Positions 20,758 through 31,637 are shown, numbered from the stretch's first letter. The stretch is 64,000 nt of DNA from an uncultured delta proteobacterium (GCA_963822965.1 CAWGJT010000001.1:237737-301736); one strand, 5' to 3'. Made by a program: numbers and translations. The notes: generated by a model from the sequence alone, not told the origin.

Positions 20758-22476
20758 TCAGAAGACCGCGGCCTCGAGGGTCACGTCCGCCCGGGCCCAC
20801 ACCTCCTCCAGCTGCGCCTCGGTCTTCAGCGCGTCCTGCGTCCTTCCCTGGGCGCGCTGGCTCGCCGCCAGGCCGCGCAGGGACCAGCCGTTGCGGGGTG
20901 TGTACTCGAGCTGCTCCCGGAAGACGGCCTCCGCCTCGGCCGGCTGGCCCGCCTGGAGCAGCGCCTGCCCCAGGGCCTCCCGGATCGGGAAGTACCAGGG
21001 CGGCGGCTCGGTGTACGGCAGGGCGTCCTGAAGCGCGACCGCCTCGCGCAGCAGGGGCACCGCCTGGGTCCAGCGGCCGGACTCGCCCTCGATGCGGGCT
21101 TCGAGCACCCGAGAGCCGATCGACAGCAGCTGCGAAGGCGTGGCGCCGGACGCGAAGACGAGCTCGCTCAGGGCGGGCTCGGCGGCGATCCCGCGAAGCG
21201 CTGCGAGCTCGCCGCGCGCGGCCCCTTCGTCGCCCTGGGCCGCCCGGGCCATGCCACGGCCGTAGTGCCAGACGCCCGTCGCATAGCGCCACGCCGTGGG
21301 GGGCGCCGGCATCGCCACCAGATCGTCCCAGCGTCCGAACCGCGCCAGGGCGAACACCTCCATGGGCGCGAACTCCTCGCTGAGCGGCACCTCGAGGACG
21401 ATCTCCGGCGTGATTGCGGCCGAGAGCTTGCGCGCCGCACCGATGGAGACGGCGCTGCGACCTTCGAAGGCACTGGACGCGTACAGGAAGTGGACGTTGT
21501 GGGGATAGTAGGCGGCGGGATAGAAGCCCTGGGCTCGACACTGGGTGATGTAGGACTCGTCGGCAGCCGCGGCCTGCTCGTTCGCCGCGGAGGCATCGTC
21601 GTAGCGACCGACCCGCAGGTAGATGTGGGAGGGCATGTGGACCAGGTGACCCGCGCCGGGAGACAGGGAGCCCAGCCGATCGGCGGCCTGCTCGCCCCGC
21701 TCGGGATCGCTGGAGGGCTCGACGGTGTGGATGTACAGGTGCAACGCCCCGGGATGCTCGGGATCGCGGGCCATCACCGTCTCGAGGGCGGCGAGCACCT
21801 CGCGCGTCGCGGGCTTGGGCGTGGTCGGATCCACGTAGTAGTCCCAGGGCATGGTGTCCATCAGCGCCTCGGCGAACAGCGTCTGGACGTCGTCGTCCTC
21901 CGGATGCCGACTCGCAACCTCGCGCATGGCGTTCGCGTAGGCGAGATCGAGCGATGCGCGATCCGCCACGGGCTCCTGTGCGTAGCGCACGGCCAGCGCC
22001 TCGATGAGCTCGCGCTCCACGGGGCTGGCGCCCGGGGCGAGGGACAGGGCGCGCCGGGAGGCTTCCCAGGCCGCCGGCACGTCGGCGTCGTCCATCGGCT
22101 TGTTGATGTTCGGACCGAGCACGTACGCTTCGCCCCAGGCGCAGATGCCGCAGCTCGGGTCCTGGCGCGACGCCTCGACGAACGAGCGATGGGCCTCGGC
22201 ATGGTTGAACCCGTAGGCGAGCACGAGGCCCTGGGCGAAGTAGCGTCCGGCCAGCTCGGAGCCGCTGCTGATGGGGCGGCGATACGCCCCGAGGTCGTTG
22301 AAGAGCGGTGCGCCCGCTCCCTCCGGCACCACCCGGCGGGGTACGTGGGTATGCGCGTGATCGTGGGCCTCGTCCGCAGACCCCGGCGCTTCGCCGTGCC
22401 CCGTCGCACAGGCGAAGAGGGACAGGGCGGCGATCGACGCGATGACTTCGAGAACGAGGGAGAGCGAGGTGCGCAT
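20758..22476 (-). CDS. TPR-repeat (lipo)protein
   Basis: Lipobox-like LFAC, YGFNHAEA, GHLVHMPSHIY, helical TPR-like repeats. Confidence 0.8.
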   Translation of the reverse strand: MRTSLSLVLEVIASIAALSLFACATGHGEAPGSADEAHDHAHTHVPRRVVPEGAGAPLFNDLGAYRRPISSGSELAGRYFAQGLVLAYGFNHAEAHRSFVEASRQDPSCGICAWGEAYVLGPNINKPMDDADVPAAWEASRRALSLAPGASPVERELIEALAVRYAQEPVADRASLDLAYANAMREVASRHPEDDDVQTLFAEALMDTMPWDYYVDPTTPKPATREVLAALETVMARDPEHPGALHLYIHTVEPSSDPERGEQAADRLGSLSPGAGHLVHMPSHIYLRVGRYDDASAANEQAAAADESYITQCRAQGFYPAAYYPHNVHFLYASSAFEGRSAVSIGAARKLSAAITPEIVLEVPLSEEFAPMEVFALARFGRWDDLVAMPAPPTAWRYATGVWHYGRGMARAAQGDEGAARGELAALRGIAAEPALSELVFASGATPSQLLSIGSRVLEARIEGESGRWTQAVPLLREAVALQDALPYTEPPPWYFPIREALGQALLQAGQPAEAEAVFREQLEYTPRNGWSLRGLAASQRAQGRTQDALKTEAQLEEVWARADVTLEAAVF

Positions 22477-22647
22477 GAGTCCTCCGGCCCGCTATCGCTT
22501 CGGGGGCAGGCGGCGGAGAGCCGCCGCAGGCGAGAAATCCTAGCCGAGCCGGATGCGCGCGCAGCCCGCGGCCGGGGGGCGGGTGGGCGTGCCCGCCGAC
22601 GAGCCCGTCGATTGCGACGCGAGCCGCCGCCTTCCGGCTTCGGCCCG

Positions 22648-23739
22648 TCAGCGCCGCGCCCTCCGGGATCCGCGCGCCGGTGCGGCGGGCTCCGCGGGAG
22701 CGGGCTGCATCCAGAAGTCCCACAGCGCGGCGACGGTGGCGGGCACGTGGTGCCCCATGACGGCGTCCACGTGGGTGCCGCCCGGAAGCTCCACGATGCG
22801 TCGCGGCCCCGCCTGGCCGCTCGCCTCGAGGGGAGCCACGGCGGCCCGGGGTGCGAAGATGTCCGCCGTGCCCACCACGGCCGCAATCGGGATCGGCGAC
22901 TCGCGAACGGCGCGGGCGAGGTCCACGCCTGCGACGGTCGTCTCGAGCGACACCGCATTGCGTGCCAGCTCCTCCATGACGGCGGGCGATTCCGGGTCGG
23001 CGTTCGCGAGGATCGCGCGCAGAGCCGCGGGCGCGGCCGCCTCCGGGTTCGCGAGCCGCGTCAGCCGCTGCAGCCAGCGCAGGGGACCGCGCGCACCCTC
23101 CGCAGAGAGGGGGCCGGCGAGCGCCGCCAGGAACAGGTGCATCGGAACCCGCCGCGGACGCGGGGCGATCGTCGCGAACGGGCCGAGCACCAGCGACGCC
23201 ACTCGCACGAGGGGGCGCCCGGCGCCGAGCACCAGGGGCGTCGCCATGGCCGTGAGCGAGGCCAGCGGCGGGCGACCGGGCAGCAGCGCGCAGCCGAGCA
23301 GCCCGCCCATGGAGTGCCCGATCCAGTGCACGCGATCGACCCCGGCTCGAACGCGAACGCCCTCGATGAGCGCCGGACAGTCGAGCTCGAGGTGGGTCTT
23401 CAGGCTCCAGGAATGGGCGGGGTCCACCCGGCTGTCGCCGTGGCCCCGCAGCTCGCCGAGGAATACCCGGGCCCCGCGGTCGACGAGGGTCTCGGGCAGG
23501 GGCCCGAGCGTGAACCCCCGGCGATTCTGGGCGAACCCGTGCACCAGCAGGAATGCCGGCCCTTCCCGGCGGCCAGGCCGAGCCCCGCGACGGACCTCGG
23601 TGAGCGCGAGCCTCTGGCCATCCGCGGCCTCGACGAGCTCGACCTCCTCGTGCAGACGGACGAGCGTGGTCGGGCCCTGCGTCCCGCGACGCGAAGCCTC
23701 GGAGCTCGACCGGCCGCCTCCACTCGCCCGTGCCGCCAT
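22648..23739 (-). CDS. Alpha/beta-fold hydrolase
   Basis: LVHGF, ELRGHG, GHSMGG nucleophile elbow, Asp (GTAD) and His (THVD); start uncertain. Confidence 0.85.
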   Translation of the reverse strand: MAARASGGGRSSSEASRRGTQGPTTLVRLHEEVELVEAADGQRLALTEVRRGARPGRREGPAFLLVHGFAQNRRGFTLGPLPETLVDRGARVFLGELRGHGDSRVDPAHSWSLKTHLELDCPALIEGVRVRAGVDRVHWIGHSMGGLLGCALLPGRPPLASLTAMATPLVLGAGRPLVRVASLVLGPFATIAPRPRRVPMHLFLAALAGPLSAEGARGPLRWLQRLTRLANPEAAAPAALRAILANADPESPAVMEELARNAVSLETTVAGVDLARAVRESPIPIAAVVGTADIFAPRAAVAPLEASGQAGPRRIVELPGGTHVDAVMGHHVPATVAALWDFWMQPAPAEPAAPARGSRRARR

Positions 23740-23815
23740 CGTGTCCGCCCTGCCCTTCCGGCGTCGCGCTTCCCGCGCGCCGGCGTCCCGGTTGCGTGCT
23801 AACTCCTCTCGAGCC

Positions 23816-24334
23816 GTGACCTCTCCGACCTCCGACCCTACCGTCGAGCACCTGGCCGCGCTCTTTCGAGACCACCCGGCCTGGGTGGATGCCGCCGACC
23901 ACATCTCGCGCCGCGCAACCAGCAACGTCTACTTCCGGCATCGGCCCGGAGAGGTCTGGCACCTCTGCCAGCAGGCCGGCCGGACGCGGCTCGTCCCCGG
24001 CCCGACGCCCGACCCGGACTTCGTCTTCCGCTTCACCGCCGCAGCGGTCGAGCGACTGGGCAACGTGCAGGGCGGCGTCGGCCCCTTCGCGATCGAGCTC
24101 TTCTCGTGCGTGCTGGACGACGACCCCGAGCAGGGGATCGAGCTGCGCATCGCCGCCGGCTTCACGAGGCTCGCCGCCCGCGGCTACGTCCGTCTTCTTC
24201 TCGCCGCGGGGCCCCAGGTCGTGGCCTTCGGCCAGCGCCACGGCGTCCCGACCCTCGGCGCCCTGCGCCGCTTCGTCGCCCAGCTACGCGTACGCGGCCC
24301 GGCCGAGTGGGAGACCGCGCCGGAACGCCGCTGA
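23816..24334 (+). CDS. Hypothetical protein
   Basis: Protein-like 3' part of ORF 22553..24334, divergent from the hydrolase. Confidence 0.6.
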   Translation: MTSPTSDPTVEHLAALFRDHPAWVDAADHISRRATSNVYFRHRPGEVWHLCQQAGRTRLVPGPTPDPDFVFRFTAAAVERLGNVQGGVGPFAIELFSCVLDDDPEQGIELRIAAGFTRLAARGYVRLLLAAGPQVVAFGQRHGVPTLGALRRFVAQLRVRGPAEWETAPERR

Positions 24335-24346
24335 TCCCCGCGCCGG

Positions 24347-24931
24347 TCAGCGCTTCCGGCCCCCCTTCGGCCCCAGACGATCGACCAGGTCCTGCAGCTC
24401 GTCTCGCAGGAAGTCCCGCGCCTGGCTCCCGATGCGGGACGCTTCGCTGCGAATCTGCTCGAGGGCCTGCTCGCGCGCCTCGCGGCGGCCGCGCAGACGC
24501 GCCGTCCTGACGCCACGGGTGAGCTCGACCCGGATGGCCTGTCCCAGGTTGAAGAGCTCGTCGCTCAGCCCCCCGACCACCTCGTCGAGGGAGAGGACAC
24601 GGGTGACGCGCCCGTGCTCGTCGATGATCGGCAGCCGCCGCACCCGGCTCTGCTTCATCTGCTCGAGCGCCTCGAGCGTACCGATGCCGGCGGGCGCGCA
24701 GACGAGGGGCGCCGACATGATCTCCTCGGCGGTGGTCTCCGTCTCGTTCCGCGACTCGGCGACCACGCGGCACAGGATGTCGCGGTCGGTCACGATGCCG
24801 ACGGGCACCTGCTTGTCGTCCACCACGACCACCGTGCCCACGGCCTCGGCGTCCATCTCCTGGGCCAGCTCGAGCACCGTCGTCTCGCGTCGGGCGGTCA
24901 CGCACTCCGGGTGCAGCTCCTGGGTCGCCAT
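24347..24931 (-). CDS. CBS-domain pair protein with helical C-terminal extension
   Basis: VGIVTDRDILCR, VRRLPIID. Confidence 0.9.
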   Translation of the reverse strand: MATQELHPECVTARRETTVLELAQEMDAEAVGTVVVVDDKQVPVGIVTDRDILCRVVAESRNETETTAEEIMSAPLVCAPAGIGTLEALEQMKQSRVRRLPIIDEHGRVTRVLSLDEVVGGLSDELFNLGQAIRVELTRGVRTARLRGRREAREQALEQIRSEASRIGSQARDFLRDELQDLVDRLGPKGGRKR

Positions 24932-24933
24932 GT

Positions 24934-25377
24934 TCAAGCTCCCTCCGGCGGCGCGGGCTCGGGGAACTGGGAGCGCGCGACCGCCGCCACCGCGCCGGCA
25001 CACTCGGCGAAGGCCTGCAGGGCGTCGTCGATGGAGAAGACCCCGACCAGCTTCCGCGTCTCGTCCACCACCGGAAGACGCCGGACCCCCTCGGCACGCA
25101 GGCGTCGGATCGCGACCTCGCGCTCGAGGAACGCGGGCACCGTCGTGACGTCCCTGGCCATGATCTCGGAGACGGGCGTCGTATCGAGATCGAGTCGCCG
25201 GCGGAGACCCTGAAGGACCACGTCCCGGTCGGTGAGGACGCCGACCGGATGCCGACCCTCGTCCACCACCACCAAGCAGCCGACGCCGTCCTCCGCCATG
25301 CGCCGGGCCGCCGTCCGAAGCGTCTCCTCGGGCCGGACCACCGTCGGGGTCCCGCGACAGTACTCGCCGATCGACAT
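24934..25377 (-). CDS. CBS-domain pair protein
   Basis: VGVLTDRDVV, VRRLPVVD, GVFSIDD. Confidence 0.9.
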   Translation of the reverse strand: MSIGEYCRGTPTVVRPEETLRTAARRMAEDGVGCLVVVDEGRHPVGVLTDRDVVLQGLRRRLDLDTTPVSEIMARDVTTVPAFLEREVAIRRLRAEGVRRLPVVDETRKLVGVFSIDDALQAFAECAGAVAAVARSQFPEPAPPEGA

Positions 25378-25426
25378 GTGCCTTCCTCCCTGCCTCCCGT
25401 TCGCGGGCTGCCGTGACCTGGCAGGG

Positions 25427-25442
25427 TGCACTTGCCGTGCCA
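25427..25442 (-). promoter_or_regulatory. Sigma-54 (-24/-12) promoter candidate
   Basis: Minus strand TGGCACGGCAAGTGCA (GG-N10-GC), about 50 bp upstream of the CBS gene pair. Confidence 0.7.
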
Positions 25443-25592
25443 GCCTCGTGCCCGCGTCGAACCGGCCGGGGCGCCCGACTGGGGCAGCCCGCCTCGGGGA
25501 TCCCGGCGCGACGCCCCGCCTGCCCCAGCCGGGAGGCCGGGGAAGATGCCTCGGGTGGGGCTGCGGAGGGGGCGCGGCGGCGGGGCGCGGCT

Positions 25593-25873
25593 GGATGGGT
25601 CGGCTTGCGCCGCAAACGAATCCTGCGGATTCGTCAGCTAGGAGCCTGACCCAAGACTCCCGTGGAAAGCCCTGGCGTCGAGGCGCGCCACTGGCAAGGC
25701 GCGTGAGGAGGCCGTAGCGCGGGCTACGGCGACGCAGCGCAACGCAGCCAGCGGCGATGCATCGGCGTCAGGGCGGCGCGAGGTGTCTTGGGTCAGGCTC
25801 CTAGGAGTGCGACCCAAGACGAAGTCTTGGGTCGCAGTTCCGCCGCAAAGGGAGCCCAACGGGCTCCCTTTGC
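25593..25873. repeat. Second copy of the REP/BIME-like repeat, interrupted by a MITE, ending in a 13-bp-stem hairpin
   Basis: Flanks match 20616-20745; GCAAAGGGAGCCC-AAC-GGGCTCCCTTTGC at 25845-25873. Confidence 0.85.
25642..25800. mobile_element. 159-bp MITE-like element
   Basis: Perfect 16-bp terminal inverted repeats GAGCCTGACCCAAGAC/GTCTTGGGTCAGGCTC with CTAG on both sides; no transposase inside. Confidence 0.75.
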
Positions 25874-27043
25874 TAGCGGTCCCCGCCGCGGAACCGGTCC
25901 TCGTCGTCATCGGTCTCGCCATCGGCAGACGACCTGCCGATCCAGCCGCGCAGGCGGAACCAGCCGAGCAGCCCCACGCGCCAGGAGCCACCATCACGGC
26001 CCACACGGCCGGGTAGCCCCAGCGCCACTGTAGCTCCGGCATGTAGCGGAAGTTCATCCCGTAGACGCCGGCGAGGAAGGTCAGCGGGATGAAGATCGTG
26101 GCCACGATCGTGAGCGTCTTCATCACCTCGTTCAGGCGATTGCTGGCGCTCGAGAGGTGCAGGTCCATCAGACCCACCACCATGTCCCGATGGGTCTCGA
26201 TCGCATCCAGGGTCTGGAACGCGTGGTCGTGGGCGTCGCGGAGATAGAGCCGCACGTTCTCGCTGAACGGGAACTCGACGTCCCGCAGCAAGCGTGCTGA
26301 TGGCGTCCCGCTGCCGCCACTGCACGCGGTGCAGGGTGAGCAGCGTGCGGCGGGTGGCGTGGATGCGGGCGAGACACGCGCGCGTGGGACTCTCGACGAC
26401 CTCCTCCTCGAGCGCGTCGATCACGTCGGCGAGCGCTTCGACGACCGGGAAGTAGCCGTCGACCACGGCGTCGATGAGCGCGTAGGCCAGATAGTCGGCG
26501 CCCATCGTGCGAATCCGCGTCACGCCGGAACGGATGCGCGCGCGGACGGGATCGAAGACGTCTCCTGGGCTCTCCTGGAAGGTCGCCACCCAGTTGGGTC
26601 CCAGGACCAGGCTCACCTGCTCGATCTCCACGTGGCCCGCCTCACTCACCCGCGCCATCTGCAGCACGATCAGCAGCCGCTCGTCGTAGAGCTCCGCCTT
26701 CGGCCGCTGGGGCACGTGGACCACGTCGGCCATCGCCAGGGGATGGATCCCCAGCGACCCGCGCCACCTCCTCGAGAATCGCCCGATCCCCGAATCCCTC
26801 GATGTCGAACCAGCACGGTTCCGGCCCCGGCGGCGACCTCCTTCACCTGCGAGGCGGATCTTCGAGGGTCCGCTCCTCGAGAGCCTCGGAGCCGTAGGCC
26901 ATCGCGCGAATGACCGGTCGCGCGGCGTCCTCGGGCACCACCATGTCGCCCGGCGAGGCGCCCGCGGGCGGCCGGCGTCGCCGGCGCGATGACCGGCCGA
27001 GGAAGCGCAGGGCTTCGACGGGAATTTGCGCGGAAGCGCGCAC
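25873..27043 (-). CDS. corA: Magnesium/cobalt transporter CorA (several frameshifts; start uncertain)
   Basis: HPLAMADV...QRPK, ADYLAYALIDAVVDGYF, NEVMKTLTIVATIFIPLTFLAGVYGMNF, MPEL.W. Confidence 0.93.
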
Positions 27044-27088
27044 GAGGCGCTCTCCCGCGCCGAGGGGTGCCCGGCCGCGGAAGCTCGA

Positions 27089-28923
27089 TCAGCCATGGCG
27101 GGCCAGCGCCTCGAGCGCGCGGTCGTGGGCCTCGTGGTACGCGGCAGCGAGCTTCGACCAGTCGAAGGCGCGCGAGTGGGCCTCGACCTGGTTGCGAAGG
27201 GCGACGCGCCCCCCGCGGTCGAGCCGGCAGAAGGCGAGAACCCGTTCGGTCAGATCCGCCGCCGCGTCGTGATAGCGCCGATCGCGCCGTTGCAGCACGC
27301 CGAGCCCCCACTGGTCGTGGTCCGGGAACGTCTCCGCGACGTAGCGCCCGAAGCCCGCCAGATCGCTCGTGATGGCCGGCACGCCCATGGCCACGCACTC
27401 GAGCGGCGTGTAGCCCCAGGGCTCGTACTGGCTCGGGAACAGCCCCAGGTGACAGCCGCGCACGAAGTGCTCGTAGTCCATGCCCCAGAGCGGGTTGGTC
27501 GAGCTGATGAACGCCGGGTGATAGACGATCTTCACGCGGTCCTCGGGGGCATTGCGCAGCCCCAGGTGATGCAGATGGGCCAGGATCGGGTCGCGGTCGG
27601 GATCGTCGAGCACGTGGGTGCAGAGAAGCGGCGGCTGCTTCGACTTGAAGGCGTGCTGCAGGCGACGGTGTCGCAGCCGCCAGTAGTCGTCGACGAGGTC
27701 GTCGAGGCGCGGATTCTCCCCCGCGGCGCTGCTCCGGAAGAGCCGCTCGCCCACCTCGCTGTCCGATGCGCTGGGCAGCCTCGTCGAGGTCGTCCAGCAC
27801 GCCCCGCGCCTGCAGCACGCTCGGCTCGAGGGAGCGCGCCGACCGGGAGGTCACGATGAAGAGGACGATGGTCGTCTCGGAACGCGCCTCCCGCAGCTCG
27901 GCGTTGATGCGCGCCGCCGCCTCCAGGCACAGATCGAAGCCCTTGTTGCGCGGCTCGAAGCGACCGGCGTTGAAGAGGTAGAGGGTCTTCTCGAGGTCGA
28001 AGGAGTAGCTCGGGAAGAAGTGCCCCATCACGAAGCGGTGGATCTGCTCCTTGTAGGCCGCGTGGTGGGTCTGGAAGTCGTGGCCGAGGTCGAAGCGCGC
28101 CACGTCGAGGCCGTTCGGGGTGACGAGATCGGGCCGACGGCCCAGCAGGTGCTCGCACTCCTCGGCGGTGATGGGCGAGACGGTCGTGAAGACGTGGGCG
28201 GCCGCCGCGGATAGACGCTCGATGGCGTGCTGGGCCTCGATCCCGAAGCGCTCCGCCTCGCGGTCGGCGTCGAGGCTCTCCAGTCGCTCGTAGAGCTCGT
28301 CGCCGCTGGAAGCCACGTAGCGCCCCACCGAGGTGGCGTGGGTGGTGAAGAGGGTCGCCACCGGCGCCTCTTCCTGCCGCAGCGGAGAGCAGCGCCGTTC
28401 CCGCGAGCCACTCGTGGAAGTGCGCGACGACGCGCTGGCCTCCGGCGTGGCGCTGGACCGACGACAGCATGGCATGCACCGCCTCGCCGAAGCCCAGCAC
28501 GCCGTCCACCAGCTCGTTGCCGCGTGCCGGCGGAATGCCGTGGTCGCGCTGCATGCGGTGCCGGACGACCTCGATGCGCTCGGCGGGAAGCACCGGATCG
28601 AGCAGCAGGACGCGCGGACGGCCCGCCACCAGCCAGCGACCGTGCACGCTGCGGATCCCCCGCTGCGTCAGCTCCTCCATCACCGACTTCAGCCAGTCGT
28701 CCGCGGGCTCCGTCTCGAGCTCGATGTCCACCATCTGGGGAACGAGCGGCCCCACCAGCAGGTAGCGATCGTCCCAACGCGCGCGCATGGCGCGGGCCTT
28801 CGAGCGCAGCACCTGGTAGATCCCGCCGACCTGGTTCGCGACCTCCCACGAGATCTCCAGGAGCACCGCGTCGGGAAGGGACGGGAAGGATGCGGCGGGC
28901 GCGGGTGTGGAGCTCTGGACCAT
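27089..28923 (-). CDS. Glycogen synthase, GT3 family (frameshifts near 28385 and 27760)
   Basis: WEVANQVGGIYQV, HFHEWLAG, FTTHAT, GRFEPRNKG, GCHLGLFPSQYEPWGYTPLEC. Confidence 0.9.
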
Positions 28924-29086
28924 CCCCGCGAGTCTACGCCAGCCCCGACCGGGACGGTCGTCCGGACGCCCTGGCCGTCCGGCGGGTGCGTGCGAGAATC
29001 CAGCCCGCGGGCCCGGCCCGACCGCCTCGCGCCGAGCGCGCCGCTCCGCACGGGGGCGCAGGAGTCCGCACGAAGAGGGAGGTCCC

Positions 29087-29942
29087 GTGAGCCAAGCGAA
29101 CGCGAATGCCCAGCAGATCGAGTACTGGAACCAGGTCTCCGGACCGCGGTGGGTGTCCCTGGCAGACACCATCGACCGGCAGATCGAGCCGATCGGGGTG
29201 GAGGCCATGGCACGGGCCGAGGTGGCCCCCGGCGAGCGGGTGCTCGACGTGGGCTGCGGCTGCGGGCAGACGAGCCTCGCGCTCGGGGCGCGGGTCGGGG
29301 CCGCCGGCCGCGTGCTCGGCATCGACATCTCGGCGCCGATGCTCGCGGAGGCGCGGGCGCGCAGCCGCACGCGTCGGCGTGGGCCGCGTGGAGTTCCTCC
29401 AGGCCGACGCCCAGGTGCACCCGGTCGAGCCGGGCACCTTCGACGTGCTCTTCTCGCGCTTCGGCGTGATGTTCTTCGAAGACCCCGTGGCGGCCTTCGC
29501 GAACCTCCGCGGCTCGCTCGCAGAGGGCGGCCGCCTCTGCTTCGTGTGCTGGCAGAGCATCGCGAGCAACCCCTGGATGCTCGTTCCCGCCCAGGCGGCG
29601 GCCCAGCACGTGGCGCTGCCTGCACCCGCGGGTCCCGAGGCGCCCGGCCCCTTCGCGTTCGCCGACCCGGAACGCGTGCGAGGCATCCTCGACCGGGCGG
29701 GCTTCCGGGACGTCTCCTGCGACGACCACTCGGGCGAGCTCGCCGTCGGCCAGGGGCGCGCGCTCGGCGAGATCGTGGAGTTCCTGCAGCAGATGGGGCC
29801 CGCCGGGCGCGCGCTGCTCGACGCGTCGGCCGAGCAGCGCCGCAAGGCGACGGAGACCATGCTCGGCGCCCTCGCGCCCTACTACACCGGCGACGCCCTC
29901 GTGATGGGGTTCGCCACCTGGATCGTCACCGCCCGGGCCTGA
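29087..29942 (+). CDS. Class I SAM-dependent methyltransferase (frameshift near 29370)
   Basis: VLDVGCGCG, GIDISAPML, FSRFGVMFFEDP. Confidence 0.9.
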
Positions 29943-30013
29943 GGGGGAGCGGGAGCTCCCCCCGACCCCGGGCCGCAGCGCGCCGTCGCGAAGCGACGGC
30001 GCCGCGCGACCGC

Positions 30014-31570
30014 TCAGTGCCCGTGCCCCTTGTCGCGGCACGCCTTCCGGTGCCCCCGGTGCATGGCGCGCGTCCAGCAGGGACCGATCTGCGGTGTCTC
30101 GAAGGGGCCGAGCATCCACTCGACGCCGTCGAGCTCCACGCCGATCCGTACCCCGGCGGCCGGCGCCTCGTCGGTCTGGGTCCGCAGGCGGAAGTGGCCC
30201 GCGAAGCCCGCGCGACCGAGGGCGAGCAGCTCGTCGGAGGCGTCGTCGTAGAGCCGCAAGGTCGCGCCGGAGGGTGCCCGGTCGCCCCACACCTGGAGCG
30301 AGCCGTTCAGGCAGATCCAGAAGGCCTTCCACACCCGCAGCCGGGCTTCGCCGCTGCAGTCTTTGGGCGCATTGCGAACCTCCATGGCGGGAGCGCTCGC
30401 TTCCGCGGCGTGGGCGTCGATCGAGCAGGGCGGGAAGAGCGTCTGGAAGTCCGCGGCGAAGCTTCCGTCGGCGTCCGCGACGAGGGAGTGGAGAACCATG
30501 CCGCTGATCGCGTCGCGGATCTCGACCGGTGCTCCCGGCGGCGCGCCGTGACCCATCACCTGCAGGGCCGGACGCGGCCATTCGGTCCAGCTCGCGTCGT
30601 CGAGCTCCAGCTCGAAGACGGGCGGCGGCGTGAGGACCTCGACGGTGAAGGTCTCCGAGGCCGCCTCGGGAGGCACGCCGTCGTCGGTCACCGTCACGGT
30701 CAGCTCGAAGAGCCCGGCCGCATCCGGTATCCACTGCAGGAGCGCGGTTCCGTCTCCCGCGTCTTGCAGCACGGCGCCCTCGGGCAGACCCTCGACGTCG
30801 AAGACGAGGCCGTCGTCGTCCGCGTCGCTGGCCAGGAGCGCGATCTCGAGCGTGCCCCCGACGTCCACGGTGCGGTCTCCGATGGGCTCGAGGATCGGCG
30901 GCACGTTCACGTCGCCGATGGTGACGACGATCGTCTCCTCGTCGGTCGCCAGGCCATCGCTGACCGTGAACGTCAGCACGTGGTTTCCGACCTGGTCGGA
31001 GCTCGGCACCCATTCGAAGGTCGACTCACCGGGAGCACCGGGCTGCAGGAGCGACCCGTTCAGGATCGGGTCGACCGAGAAGGTCAGGGGATCGCCGTCG
31101 GGATCGGTCGCCGAGAGCGGCACCGAAACGGGCATGCCGACGATGCCCTCCTGGTCTCCGATCGGGTCGAGGACCGGCGGCCGATTGCCGCCGTTCACCG
31201 TGATCGTGACCTCCGCATAGGCGCTCATCATGGGCGTTCCACGGTCCGTGGCGATGAAGGTGATGATGTGCGAACCGCCCTGGGCATCCGTCGGAATCCA
31301 GAAGAAGGAGCCGTTGCCGTTGCCGTCCACGTCGAAGCGGGCGCCGGCCGGCAGGCCCGAAACCGTCAGGTCCACGCGCTGCCCCTCCGGATCCGTCGCG
31401 TGGACCGCGAACAGGACCAGCTGCCCGACGTCCACCGAGAGATCGGAAAGCGGAGCGATCTCGGGCGGGAGATTCACCTGGGCGCGCGCTGGACTCGGGA
31501 AGGATGCGAGGGCCGCGAGCGCGAAGAAGGAGAAGAAGAAGGAGGGGACGAGGGGGGCTCTTGTCTTCAT
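30014..31570 (-). CDS. Secreted protein with three Ig/cadherin-like repeats
   Basis: Signal peptide; three repeats starting N.PP...P..D with ATDP.G/ASDAD and LP.GA motifs. Confidence 0.8.
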   Translation of the reverse strand: MKTRAPLVPSFFFSFFALAALASFPSPARAQVNLPPEIAPLSDLSVDVGQLVLFAVHATDPEGQRVDLTVSGLPAGARFDVDGNGNGSFFWIPTDAQGGSHIITFIATDRGTPMMSAYAEVTITVNGGNRPPVLDPIGDQEGIVGMPVSVPLSATDPDGDPLTFSVDPILNGSLLQPGAPGESTFEWVPSSDQVGNHVLTFTVSDGLATDEETIVVTIGDVNVPPILEPIGDRTVDVGGTLEIALLASDADDDGLVFDVEGLPEGAVLQDAGDGTALLQWIPDAAGLFELTVTVTDDGVPPEAASETFTVEVLTPPPVFELELDDASWTEWPRPALQVMGHGAPPGAPVEIRDAISGMVLHSLVADADGSFAADFQTLFPPCSIDAHAAEASAPAMEVRNAPKDCSGEARLRVWKAFWICLNGSLQVWGDRAPSGATLRLYDDASDELLALGRAGFAGHFRLRTQTDEAPAAGVRIGVELDGVEWMLGPFETPQIGPCWTRAMHRGHRKACRDKGHGH

Positions 31571-31637
31571 CGTTGTCTCCCTGTCGGCGGAACACGTCCG
31601 CTCGCTCCATTCATCGACCGGAACGTGAGGTTCGCCA

